From a virus (Duplodnaviria; Caudoviricetes): a DNA stretch of 64,000 nucleotides. The translations under genes were made by a program, and so were the position numbers. The notes under the pieces are model-generated. The model did no database searches. It had not been told where the DNA came from and worked only from the letters and a program-made list of their open reading frames with translations. Below, piece by piece: positions 37,825-48,920 of the stretch. Location of the stretch: positions 64,001 to 128,000 of IMG/VR virus record IMGVR_UViG_3300028591_000074, one strand, 5' to 3'. Within the stretch, counting starts at the first letter, position 1. Each line of letters begins with the position of its first letter.

Positions 37825-38997
37825 TTATTCACTGATCGGTTCAAGTTTCATATTCTTAATTGATGATTTTCTGAAGTCTAATTTGTATTCTACATCACTT
37901 GTATCATACTCTGTATTTACTTGACCATCTTCTTCACTGTATTCATCTACTGATGTTACACCGGAAATTGTGTAAACTAAAGTTATATCACCGGATAATT
38001 TGTAATTTCCAGTAGGTGCATCAATCTCAAATGCAATCACATCTAAAGTGTCATTTAATATTATATCAGATGGAACTTCACGAATTTGTCCTATGTTGGA
38101 AGATAAATTAGAATCAACATCATTCAGCCAATCTGTATCTTTAAACTGAACATCTGTTCCCCATTCTGTATAGATTTCTACATCAGATAATGTGAATTCA
38201 ATTTCGTCTGTGATTCCATCTTCAATCACAAGATCTGCATTTTCTTCTGGTGGATCAATCGGTTGTTCGCTTTCCGCAGTAATATCTACATTCACTTTAG
38301 CAGGAATACCACAAGTATTTGTAGCAGCGGCAATATTATCATCATATACCCATGCTTCGATAATTCCGCTTGTTACAGGTTCAAAGTAAGAATCTGCATC
38401 ATACTTTTGAACAATTGGATCCAATGCTTCACACAGATCCATTAATCCACCATAGGAAAGTTCTGCACGGACTTGAATCTTAGTTGCATTATATTCTTCA
38501 GAATATTCCTTAGAAATATGCAGATAATCATCAACATCTGACTCTGAAAAACCATATTCCTGAATCATGCACATCCTTGCGGTGGCTTGAACTTCTTCAA
38601 CAACAGAATCTAAATCGGCATCAAAATTTATTGATTTCTCACACTCAATTGATTTGGAAGAATCTATAGAATCAGCATCCTTCTGAATCTGTTCATTGAA
38701 GTCTTTGGCAATCGGTTCAACATATTTAAACAAATCAGATGGCTTTTTAATCTTTCTAAAATCAATCTTTGTGTCATTAGAATAGTTATACCAATCCTTT
38801 GTTTCGATTTCTATATGGATTACGTTATCTTCAATCCAACTATCAATTACATGTGTATCCGGTGGTAATTGATCTTCAACTAAATTGCATAGTTCCACTA
38901 ATTCTTCCTTTGTGAAGAATTCATCGTAGTCAATCCCATATAGACCTCTGGATGTATATACTTTCTTTTGTATCTTCATATCAAATCTGCTCCTCAA
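37825..38997 (-). CDS. Highly acidic multi-module protein with basic leader
   Basis: MKIQKKVYTS start; internal IDSS, IAAA and ITAE linkers. Confidence 0.6.
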   Translation of the reverse strand: MRSRFDMKIQKKVYTSRGLYGIDYDEFFTKEELVELCNLVEDQLPPDTHVIDSWIEDNVIHIEIETKDWYNYSNDTKIDFRKIKKPSDLFKYVEPIAKDFNEQIQKDADSIDSSKSIECEKSINFDADLDSVVEEVQATARMCMIQEYGFSESDVDDYLHISKEYSEEYNATKIQVRAELSYGGLMDLCEALDPIVQKYDADSYFEPVTSGIIEAWVYDDNIAAATNTCGIPAKVNVDITAESEQPIDPPEENADLVIEDGITDEIEFTLSDVEIYTEWGTDVQFKDTDWLNDVDSNLSSNIGQIREVPSDIILNDTLDVIAFEIDAPTGNYKLSGDITLVYTISGVTSVDEYSEEDGQVNTEYDTSDVEYKLDFRKSSIKNMKLEPISE

Positions 38998-39975
38998 TTA
39001 GTCCACATTCACCGGACTTTGCATAGAATCTATAATCTGCTTGATTGCATCATGTTGTCTTTGTTCCTTTAATCTAATCACGTGCATATAGCAATTGTGA
39101 CCACAAAAGTACAAAGTATTGTTCTTATAATTCAACTTAAAAATATTACAAGGTCTGCGTGTATGTTTTCTACCGCAAACACAGCAAGTATATATCTTCA
39201 TATCACTCGATAGCCTTTACTACCCACTTAATATATTGATCGGTTTCTTTCTCACACAGTGGACAGATACCAGAAATCTTATCAACTTCCTGATCAGATT
39301 CAATCATAGCAGAAATGAAAATTCCATGACACTTATCACATTCAGCAATCAGATGACCATCAATATTGTTGTCAACCTCAATATCAACATCATCTTCCTG
39401 AACTTCATCCAGAGTGTCCTGCATATCTTCAATGTTATCTGCCATTTCATCTAATGTGTCGTCAAACGCATCATCTTCGACATCTGCATCATCAACAGGC
39501 ATATCAAGATCTTCGAATTCATCTTCTCCGGCAGCCATAATTGGATCACTTGCAGCATCAACGCTACGTGTTCTTTTTTCAATTCTCATTGTATAAATCT
39601 CCTCCGTGCCTCTATTCTATTTCTAAGTTCATTTGCCACTGTATTTATATCATCATGGTTCCAGAACTTAACTACATCACCATCTACAAAGTAGTCCCAA
39701 TCAAATTCTATGTGTTGCCTTGGATCATATCCGAAACTGATAGTGGAGTAGACAGATACATCAAATATCCCATCTTCACCATCCTCCAATTCCAATCGTA
39801 ACCCAAGTAACTCTGCATCCAAATCTTCATCCATATTAACGATTTGCAACATATAATCTATATCAGATTTAGCGGAATTTTGAACATGTAGTGGTATTGT
39901 AGTCATCATAATTGAAAATCTCCAATCATTTATACTTAATAGTATAAAAGGTTTGGAAAGAAATTGCCGGAGCAT
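38998..39975 (-). CDS. Small proteins: 38998-39201 (Cys-rich), 39203-39589 (acidic plus Zn ribbon, with leader), 39586-about 39910
   Basis: ORFs downstream of the class-B motif at 39943. Confidence 0.6.
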
Positions 39976-39999
39976 TTAAACTCCGGCAAATGCAATAAA

Positions 40000-40794
40000 T
40001 TACCAACAAGTATAAACATCGATTGTCCCATGAGAGCATCCACAGTCATAAACTTTTGCAGGTCCAACTGAAGTAAGTATTACAGTATAGAACTTATAAT
40101 CAGAAGAGGCTACACAAACATATCCGTCTGCATCACGAATAGTACCATCATCAGCAACATGCTTACCTGGAATATTGACCGCAGTAGCTTGACCACAACC
40201 TTCATTTGTAGAATACCAAGTTTCTCTATGTCCGTTAAATCGTATAGAACCGTTACTTCGAGTTAAATGGTTTCCAGTAACATTGTAGGTATCACTGTAT
40301 TTCAAAGTATATCCACATGCAGTTTTCGATGTAGATTTGGAATCAGTATTCTTTTTAGAAGATTTCTTTGATTTGGAATTAGATTTTTTAGATTTTAGTT
40401 TCATAGACTTATTTGAATTTTTAGATTTTGTGACTTCTTCCGGTTGCTTCGGATCTGACTTTTGCTCTGTAGCAATCTGCTTTGGTGAATCTTCTGTAGT
40501 AGGTGTAACAACCTTTTTCGTATCCTGCGTACCTTCCACAGGTGTTGTCTTTGTCTGATTTGTATTGAAATTCCGTTGTTTACTATCGGTAGATTTTTCT
40601 GTTGATGTTTCCGTAGTTGCCGGAGATACATTAACTTTAGAATCTGTAGAAGGTTTTACGGAATAAATCTGCTTCGGGTTCACTGTCCTTGCTTCGCTTT
40701 CTGTGACTGCATTAGGCTTTTCCTGCTCGACATTAGATGTACCGCAACCACACAAACAGACTGCCAAACCAGCCACAATGATAAGTTTCTTCAA
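40000..40794 (-). CDS. Lipoprotein with low-complexity linker and a C-terminal 3D/DPBB-like cell-wall domain
   Basis: Signal peptide with lipobox-like LCGC; ETWYS...DGTIRDADGYVCVAS...VYDCG...IDVYT. Confidence 0.6.
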   Translation of the reverse strand: MKKLIIVAGLAVCLCGCGTSNVEQEKPNAVTESEARTVNPKQIYSVKPSTDSKVNVSPATTETSTEKSTDSKQRNFNTNQTKTTPVEGTQDTKKVVTPTTEDSPKQIATEQKSDPKQPEEVTKSKNSNKSMKLKSKKSNSKSKKSSKKNTDSKSTSKTACGYTLKYSDTYNVTGNHLTRSNGSIRFNGHRETWYSTNEGCGQATAVNIPGKHVADDGTIRDADGYVCVASSDYKFYTVILTSVGPAKVYDCGCSHGTIDVYTCW

Positions 40795-40814
40795 AATAGT
40801 CCTCCTTAAAAATT

Positions 40815-41420
40815 TTAAAAATTTTGATCACTTTGACGTTTTCCTTTTTCGAACAACTTACAATTATTGTAGTCAGAACCACGTAAATCTACTAATTCTT
40901 TCCCAACTAAACGCAAGCAGGTTGTTTTATTACACTTTGCGTATTCACACATAACATGATTTAGTGCAGCTTCATTGGAACTATACGCATTTTGTGATTT
41001 CGATCCAAAATATCCATGATACTTGCACTGTTCACATTTCTTCTTATTAAATTTACTTTTCAATATTAACCACCACCAACGTATTATACACCTATATAAG
41101 GTTAAATGTTACAATTATTTTACAGAACTTTTAATTTTTGTAATCTTTTCATAAAGATTGAGGTTATTTGCTTCCCCTTCAGGATCGATTAACCGTTTTG
41201 CATAAGCAGCAAGAATGTCAATATAGAGTTTCTGAATCTCAATATCACTATATCCGGATTCTGCTAACTTTACCATTTCCATCACAACTACAGTAGCAGC
41301 ATCTACTTTAAGTCTTGCTTCTTCCGCACTGTCTAAATGCATTTCGAAAGATTCTAAGTTTTCACTAATTTCTTTTGTAACCGTGTTAAGTTTGATAACC
41401 ATACTATCACCACCAATCAT
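40815..41420 (-). CDS. Two hypothetical proteins (40815-41063 Cys-rich; 41115-41420)
   Basis: ORF track. Confidence 0.55.
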
Positions 41421-42278
41421 TTAATAATCTACACAAGAAAGTCTATCTGCAAATTGTAACAGATATACCATAGGATACTGTCTGCAAGCCTGACTAAACT
41501 CAGGCATTTCACTATCTGCCACATTATATTCCCCCATATGCCACCGGATAGCCAATGCTTCTTCATAAGATAGTTTGAAAAACTTAGATGCGATAAACAT
41601 GGATGAAGCACCATGACCAAGGCATACAGACCGATTCTTTTTGTATTTATAAGATGCAACTGTATCCCATGAATCAGTAACCTCATCCTTTACATTCCTA
41701 TTGAATGATTCATAAAGCCCTATCTTACACCAGTCATGTACAAGACAAGCACGGATGGCTCTTGCAACACTTACTTCATTACCAAATAATTTAGCACCAC
41801 AAAGGTCTATGCATCTATTTGCAACTTTCAGTGTATGCAGTAAGAGTCCACCAACAAAGTTATCATGGTACTGTGTAGATGCTGGACAGTTATAAAAATC
41901 AGTAGTTCTAAGCCAATCTAAGCACCTAAACACAGAATCCATCATTGAATCTGGATTCTTATCATCTTCTTCAGCAATAATCATTGTGGTTGCTAGTAAA
42001 AGCCGTTCATACCGATCAATCATATCAACCTGATTTTCAAAGGAATCTTTCCACACATAGAATTGAAATTCTGGACGTTTTTCAAACTTACTCCAATCAT
42101 CTGCGTACCCATTTTCATCCGCAAATTTTACTGTAAATGCGGACTTTGGAATACTTGTCATATGCTTTTTATCTGCAATCGGAATCACAACAATATTTCT
42201 CGTAGGAATATGAATGCGAAACCAATTTGTAAAGGTTTCATATTTAGCCATGTCTGAATAATCTTCCCGTTTTATCAT
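41421..42278 (-). CDS. HD-domain phosphohydrolase
   Basis: PASTQYH...GGLLLHTL...HDWCKI...GHG...IRWHMG...AD motifs. Confidence 0.85.
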   Translation of the reverse strand: MIKREDYSDMAKYETFTNWFRIHIPTRNIVVIPIADKKHMTSIPKSAFTVKFADENGYADDWSKFEKRPEFQFYVWKDSFENQVDMIDRYERLLLATTMIIAEEDDKNPDSMMDSVFRCLDWLRTTDFYNCPASTQYHDNFVGGLLLHTLKVANRCIDLCGAKLFGNEVSVARAIRACLVHDWCKIGLYESFNRNVKDEVTDSWDTVASYKYKKNRSVCLGHGASSMFIASKFFKLSYEEALAIRWHMGEYNVADSEMPEFSQACRQYPMVYLLQFADRLSCVDY

Positions 42279-42592
42279 TTATCAACACCATCCTTCATAA
42301 TATTCTTGAATGTTTTGATACAATCATCTATGGTAGAATTGATTAATGCACTTCTGGATGTTTTATCTTTACGTTTCAAGCATTCCATAGATGCAATAAC
42401 CTGTTTTGTTGGACACATCTGATAATCAACCTGTAATGCAGCTTCTAATGTAGCCAAAGCCTTTAATGTTTCCAACGGTAATCGTTTTTTAGCCTTGAGT
42501 GGGAACTTTTCCAAATCTTGATACTTTAAATATTTTTGTGCATCAAGTAGAGTTTTATAGGCTTCTGATCTTGTCATAGTAGTGAACTCCAA
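42275..42592 (-). CDS. Hypothetical protein
   Basis: ORF after a class-A promoter. Confidence 0.55.
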   Translation of the reverse strand: MEFTTMTRSEAYKTLLDAQKYLKYQDLEKFPLKAKKRLPLETLKALATLEAALQVDYQMCPTKQVIASMECLKRKDKTSRSALINSTIDDCIKTFKNIMKDGVDK

Positions 42593-42702
42593 TCATCCAA
42601 TCGGTTATATACATAAATTATAACGATTTCCATACACAAAATGGATGAGCCTACCAAAACGGTAAACCCATCCACTCCTCATGATGCCATTATATGTATG
42701 TT

Positions 42703-43065
42703 TTACTGAGGTCCATCCTCATCATCAGATTCATCTTCTTCAACAGGTTCATCTTCCTCTGGATCATCAGAATCGTCTGATGATGAATTGGAACCTTTCA
42801 GAAGTTGCTTTGGAATCTGATGTATTCCTGTTGCAGCAAAACCGGATACAACACCGACTGCTGCGGCTGTAATAATATCTTCTGCTGGGAAATCTGGAAT
42901 CTTGATAAGATATGCAACTATACCAAGGATAAGTCCAAGGGTTCCACATACACATGGAATCCACTTATCGTCCAATACAGTAACATTCTTCCAAATGTAT
43001 CCAGCTAAAAATGCTATTACAGTTATACTTGCTACACTAGCAATACCAAAACCCATAACAAACAC
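42703..43065 (-). CDS. Phage holin
   Basis: Three hydrophobic segments; KWIP, GVVSGFAATGIHQ holin pattern. Confidence 0.8.
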   Translation of the reverse strand: MFVMGFGIASVASITVIAFLAGYIWKNVTVLDDKWIPCVCGTLGLILGIVAYLIKIPDFPAEDIITAAAVGVVSGFAATGIHQIPKQLLKGSNSSSDDSDDPEEDEPVEEDESDDEDGPQ

Positions 43066-43107
43066 CTCCGCTACTATATTTTGATAATATAAAAGGTTTT
43101 ACATACA

Positions 43108-43205
43108 AAAAATAAGGAAGAGCCTAACACCTTGCAGGGGGAGAGTGGTGTTAGACCCTTCCTAGTTGGAGAAGGACACAGATGATGAAATTAATCCCAT
43201 CCAAT
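43108..43205 (-). ncRNA. Candidate sRNA of about 95 nt
   Basis: Class-B motif at 43208, C-rich segments, GGAAGGGUCUAACACC/GGUGUUAGGCUCUUCC stem followed by a U-tract. Confidence 0.45.
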
Positions 43206-43360
43206 AGTATATAAGGTTAATCTTCCTGTTCAGACATTTGTTTCAATGCCTCTACTGCTAAATCTAAGGCTGTATTTATCTTAACAGTTCCATCGAAGTC
43301 CATAGGATTGAATCTATAACATTCTGATTTTATAACTGTTATTGCTTCAGAATATGTCAT

Positions 43361-43834
43361 TTAAATTAATTCCTCCAGTTCTCCAGTATAATCTAATAAG
43401 TCTTTTCTGCTTGGTATTGTCCGTATCTCTTTGTATGGAATGCCCCACTTATGTACCTTTAGCACATTTAATGATTTATGTCCACTGTTTTCTAAATCAA
43501 CAATATCCTGTATCTTTAATACGAACGCACGTTTGTATGTAGAAAATAGTACAATAACCAGCCCATAGCATCCTTTAATTTTTGAAACTTTTAAAAGTCC
43601 ATCGTGCTGATGCGGTTGAATCATATCAAAATCAAATCTATCGTGACTTGTTTCTTTAGATTCTATGTAGTAGCAATTAGGATATTTATAGCAGATGAAA
43701 TCACAAATGTTCCGGCTAGTCTTATAATAGCCTGACATCTGATCATAAAGTCGAGTAAAAGAGTAGCCATCCTCAGGTCGATTTAGCCACTCTTTTATCT
43801 TCGCTTCTGCTTTTTTACCTAATAGATTATCCAT
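43361..43834 (-). CDS. RecU-like Holliday junction resolvase
   Basis: CDF...YIESKET...IQPHQ PD-(D/E)xK motif. Confidence 0.75.
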   Translation of the reverse strand: MDNLLGKKAEAKIKEWLNRPEDGYSFTRLYDQMSGYYKTSRNICDFICYKYPNCYYIESKETSHDRFDFDMIQPHQHDGLLKVSKIKGCYGLVIVLFSTYKRAFVLKIQDIVDLENSGHKSLNVLKVHKWGIPYKEIRTIPSRKDLLDYTGELEELI

Positions 43835-43835
43835 A

Positions 43836-45600
43836 TTACATATTCTTTTCTGCCCACTTATCAAGGAACTCAGATGTTTTCATAACTTGACCGGATAAAC
43901 CATTTTCAGATTGTTCTTTATAATCGTTATCCATATCTCTATATGTTTCATAGAAAGTAACAACATCGTTATCCCAAATAATTACATACAGGTTGTTGAA
44001 TAACTTCTCAGTAAGTTCCTTTGTCATACCTTTAGGTGCTTGCTCTTTGATTTCATAGTCATTTAGAGCCTTAGTAGTAAGAAGTTTATCCGTAAGGAAG
44101 TACTCACCACCATCGGCTTCAAGTGTATAATACACTTGTGCACCCTTCGGAATTGATCCGATACCAACACCATGTCTTGTAAAATACCAATAGCAGTCAT
44201 ACGGTTGATTGTCATACAGATATTCAGATGCAGTAATAGTTCTCTTTGTAATCTTCATTCAATATACCTACCTATTCTAAGTCTAAGAAATCATCCATTT
44301 CCCCGATAATATATTTCATATCATCTAATGGATTATACTCTAAATCATCTCTTGGTACTTCATACACCGTAATGTCAGAGTATCCAAGATCATCTGTAGC
44401 GGTTAATGTGAAGTACAAATTCTTCTCATCAGAATCAAATTGTACTATAATATCTTCACGTAGTTCTACAATCTTATCAATCACCGCATCACGAAGTTCA
44501 AGTATATATGGATCATTTTCCTCATCTTCATCAGGTCGTTCAATATCAATCACTTCCATATTAGATGGGGAATCTTCTACCAATTCTTCATCAGCAGCTA
44601 TTTTTGTAGATGCAGCAAGTGGATGATTAAATGCATCCAATGGTATTTCAAGATGTTCAATCATAAGATGCTTTGCTTCATCCATAGATACGCCAAGTTC
44701 ATCAGCAATTGCTTTCTGTTCATGTTCAAGTTCTGTAGCCCAACTACCGGATAATGGTGTATCACCTGTATATCTATCGGATATTTCCCAAAGTTTATCC
44801 CAATCAATTTTATGATTGTCTGATGCAGTGATGGTTCTATGAGATATTTTCATACCATCACCGCCTAATCAAAATAATTCGGATCAATATCCGTTACACT
44901 GACCGGAAACTCACCATTGAAATCCTCAAAGTACTCATCTGGATCTAATCGAACTTCTCCACCAGTCTTTGTATCGAAGATCAGTGTATAATCACCATTA
45001 GATAGGAACTCATGTGCCATATCTGTAGCTTCTGACCAATCATCCGTTTCAAAACTATCGGCAAGTCCTACATATCTGGCATCATAATATCCTTCTACAT
45101 GGAATCTACCTTCTGCATCATCCGTAAATCCTTCATAGGAATTAAACCATTCCAGTGCTTCTGATTCGTTATCAAATTCCATATCATATTCACCATCTTC
45201 CGGCTTATAGATATCAGAATCACCGAATACTGTGACATAGAAATCACCATCTTCATTATAATACAGACTGTAATCTGTATAAAAACCATCAGAATCTTGA
45301 ACAGATTTCTTATCTACAAGTTCCCATGAAGAACCATCATATTCATCTGGTTCTCTCCAATCATCATAAGAATTCAGTTTCATAATTCACCACCTAAACT
45401 TGCTCTGTAATTGCAGAAATTACGGATTGAAGGGTATCGGAAAGGGCTTGTGCCTGTTCCATAGCAATACCATCATTACCATCACGATGCAACTTCTCAA
45501 TACCTGCAATTGCATAATCAAAATCATCACCAATAGAATCAATCAGTTCTTTCAGTTGATCTTCTTTTGCACCATCTGCGGCATAAATAAATTTCTTCAT
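43836..45600 (-). CDS. Four acidic proteins (43836-44258, 44272-44853, 44865-45383, 45394-45600), three with the basic leader
   Basis: MKITKRTITAS, MKISHRTITAS and MKKFIYAA starts. Confidence 0.7.
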
Positions 45601-45601
45601 T

Positions 45602-47437
45602 TTATTTTCCTCCGGCTAATAATAAGTCAAACAGTTCTGGGTTTCTACTTAAATCTATTCTACCATCTACGATATACTTTGATATGCCTGACTTAGTAGA
45701 TAGAATCTGCTCCACTTTATCGTCAATTGTGTCTTTTGCTACAAGAGTAAATATATTTACAGATTGCGTTGTTCCTGCCCGGTGGCAGCGATCTTCTGCC
45801 TGTTCCTTATCCGAAGGATTCCAAGGCACGTCATAGAAAATTACATTCCTTGCGACTGTAAAAGTATGTGCTGTACCTGCCGCACCAATGGTCCCAAGAA
45901 GAACTGTATAATTGGGATTTTCGATAAAGGTTTTCTTATGCTTTTCTCTATCCTGCGCAGACATTGTACCTGTAAATACACACGTCTTGTATTTCTTACT
46001 TATAAAAGTATATAAGGTTCGGAGTGGTTCTACCCAATTTGAGAATACAACTGTCTTTTCACCACGTTCGTGTGCCTCTTCAAGAAGTTCCAATAACCGT
46101 ACAAGCCTTGCATTTTTCTTAAGATAATCAGAGTCATTCGGACTAATTTCTGTATCAACCAATTCCGGTGAACCATTTACCTGACGAAGTTTAAGTAACT
46201 TAGTCATTGGATTTACTGCAAGCATAATTTCATCTTTATTATTGATGATATCATTTGCAACCTGTGTATAAAGTTTCCGCTGATACGGAGTATTTTCCAC
46301 ATACTCCGTATAATGAATCTTTGGTGGAAGATCTAACACATCATCTTTTAATCTACGAATCATATTGTGTTGAAGTATATTTTTAAGTCTTGGAATATTC
46401 CTATACCCAAGTACAACATGATCGCCAAAGCCGCCATAGATACAAAAATATTGACACCACTTATAATAACTTTCCACAGTATGTCCTTCACAAAGCCGAA
46501 GTGGTACAAATACATCCATAGGTTGCTTTGTAATTGGTGTACCTGTCATAGGTATCCACATACAGTTCTGCTTTGTATATTTCTTAATGCGAAGCAATTG
46601 CTTTCCCTGCTGAGATTTTGCAGACGCATTTTTATGGATTTCATCCAATGCAATCATATTTATCTCACCGGAATTGATTTTATTGATAATAGCATCTGCG
46701 ATTGCGTACTGCCTACCTTCTGTATATCTCAAGGCTTCTATATTCATTATAATAAAATATGGAAGTTCCTGTTCACAATCTTTACTATATTTTTTCCAAG
46801 TGATTAAATCTTTACATTTATCTTTACCTGTTGTATCAAACTTTACATCACCAGACTTCTTCAGTCGGCTACCAATAAGATATGGCTCGTATTCACCATT
46901 TGTATGTTTCCTGATTTCGTCCATCCAGTTATACTTAGCAGAATTTGTACAACATATAATTAGACAGTGCTTAAATCCATAATGTTCTTTATTATAAATC
47001 GCAAGATTTATAAGTTCTATGGATTTCCCACATCCCATCTCATCGGCCAGAAGAAACCCATTCAAGTTATCTGACTGTTCTCTTGCAATACACCACTTCA
47101 TAAAATCTAACTGATGGGAAAATGGCTTTGAACCTTCCTGAACGTAAAATGGAACATCTGTAAGATCAATATCCGGTATTTCAGTTGTCTTATCAATATC
47201 TGCGTTTTCATTGATATGTTCATCAGAAACAATATTGATAAGTGGTTCATACCTTGTACCTTTCAATTCATTTAAAAGAAAACCAAGATGTTCCTTTGGA
47301 ATTGTCCACATCTTAGCATTTGGCAGCCAGCATTTCCCAGGAACAGACTTAACAATATCAACAATCCCTGCATCATACGGAAATGATACTTCATAAACAT
47401 TATTGTTTTGCTTTATATTTATCATAGAAATCACCAC
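45602..47437 (-). CDS. SNF2-family helicase with HARP-like N-terminus
   Basis: LLADEMGCGKS, DEIH, TGTP, LRQ, WNP..EQAEDRCHR motifs. Confidence 0.9.
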   Translation of the reverse strand: MVISMINIKQNNNVYEVSFPYDAGIVDIVKSVPGKCWLPNAKMWTIPKEHLGFLLNELKGTRYEPLINIVSDEHINENADIDKTTEIPDIDLTDVPFYVQEGSKPFSHQLDFMKWCIAREQSDNLNGFLLADEMGCGKSIELINLAIYNKEHYGFKHCLIICCTNSAKYNWMDEIRKHTNGEYEPYLIGSRLKKSGDVKFDTTGKDKCKDLITWKKYSKDCEQELPYFIIMNIEALRYTEGRQYAIADAIINKINSGEINMIALDEIHKNASAKSQQGKQLLRIKKYTKQNCMWIPMTGTPITKQPMDVFVPLRLCEGHTVESYYKWCQYFCIYGGFGDHVVLGYRNIPRLKNILQHNMIRRLKDDVLDLPPKIHYTEYVENTPYQRKLYTQVANDIINNKDEIMLAVNPMTKLLKLRQVNGSPELVDTEISPNDSDYLKKNARLVRLLELLEEAHERGEKTVVFSNWVEPLRTLYTFISKKYKTCVFTGTMSAQDREKHKKTFIENPNYTVLLGTIGAAGTAHTFTVARNVIFYDVPWNPSDKEQAEDRCHRAGTTQSVNIFTLVAKDTIDDKVEQILSTKSGISKYIVDGRIDLSRNPELFDLLLAGGK

Positions 47438-47497
47438 CTAACAAAATAAATAGAATTACAGTATTTTCCTATATATAGTAACGATTCTGATAATCAA

Positions 47498-47526
47498 AAA
47501 AGTCCTGCATAAATATGCAGGACTTT
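47498..47526 (-). terminator. Rho-independent terminator
   Basis: aaagtcctgcat-aaat-atgcaggacttt followed by a U-tract. Confidence 0.7.
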
Positions 47527-47540
47527 GTATAGTTGCACAA

Positions 47541-48586
47541 TTAGATGTACTGTTCCAACAAATCAAAATCAATTGCGGCTTCCAAAACCTCTATAAATGT
47601 ATATCCTTCAGATTCCACCAAATCAGTAAGCACACGATCCACATTGATGTCAGCAACTTCATACTTAGATAAATTCCGCTTAATGATGTTATCTGTAATC
47701 GGTCTGATGAATCCATTATCTGCTAAAGTTTTAATCGGATAGTCAACCAATATATCCTCTACAAATTCAACAGGTTCGCCATCAATCGTAATCGGATTAT
47801 AATCTGTAATCAATAGATATAATGTTCCATCACCATCAATAAGACTTCCTTCGAATTCTTTCCCAATATTGAAAGTATCAAACCCATAATTGTCAAGTAA
47901 GTAGGACATTATAATGTCGTCTTTATAAAAATCTTTTAAATCCTTTAATGTTGTTTTATAGATATTTGTTGCCATATGATTTACCTCAAAAATATTTTAT
48001 ATTCATAGATAAGGTTGATTTTTATAAGGCGCTATTTAGTCATAATATCTATCCACCGAACAACTTCAGAATCTATATATTTAAACGCTTCTTCATAGGA
48101 ATTAAACTCTGTCGAGTTAACAATTATAGATTTTGGATATGCCTTAGGTATTGGTCTGCCATTCAATAAATTTAGTAACTTTTCGGATTCTTTTTCTTCT
48201 TTCTTATGTTTCTGTGACTCTTTAGAACGTCTAGGGTTATGGTTGGATATTCGCAATCGAAGTCTGATTTTGAATAAAGCATTTCCAGATTCATCACAGG
48301 CAAGAAAATTATAATATTTGGAATAATCAACAGATTTCGACTTATATACAAGAATCAATCCATAATAATCTTGTAGTAAGTCTTCAACTGCTTCGATAAA
48401 ATCTTCATAATCTGCAACCATCTGCTCAGATGGAATATCCCCCTTTATACCTGACATCAATTCACCGTCAGGTATATGGATCCCATGAAATTCTGATGCC
48501 GCAATATATGGTGCATATGGGTCAATTATACAATCAATATTGAATACATAAACACCATCAGAAATAAACTTTTTCATACTAATCAC
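47541..48586 (-). CDS. Two hypothetical proteins (47541-47975, 48032-48586)
   Basis: ORFs with SD. Confidence 0.6.
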
Positions 48587-48867
48587 CCCTTAGAAGTGGT
48601 TTGAGATGCAGATTCGTGTAAATTTTCCATAACAACAGTTTCGATTGCTGAGAGCTTTTCGGCATCAGATATTGTGGACTTAAGGAGACCATATATTACA
48701 CTAAGAACCCCATCTGTATTTTTTAAATAATATTGATCTTCTGTGTAATACCTGCGATTTGTAGGTGTCCGGTATGCGATTAAAGTTCCATTTCTATCCC
48801 AACGCTGTAAAGTATTAACGGACACACCGAGCAATTTTGCAAAATCTTTAGGTTTATACGTAATCAT
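48583..48867 (-). CDS. MerR-type HTH protein derived from an IS607 TnpA N-terminus (no catalytic domain)
   Basis: YKPKDFAKLLGVSVNTLQRWDRNG.L.AYRTPTNRRYYT. Confidence 0.75.
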   Translation of the reverse strand: MITYKPKDFAKLLGVSVNTLQRWDRNGTLIAYRTPTNRRYYTEDQYYLKNTDGVLSVIYGLLKSTISDAEKLSAIETVVMENLHESASQTTSKG

Positions 48868-48920
48868 AATATCTCCTTAAGTACAATTTAACACATTTAA
48901 ATATATTTTGTCAATACATT

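Noticed and set aside
48583-48867. Complete IS607 transposon
   Set aside because: Only the HTH is present; there is no serine-recombinase catalytic domain and no adjacent tnpB.
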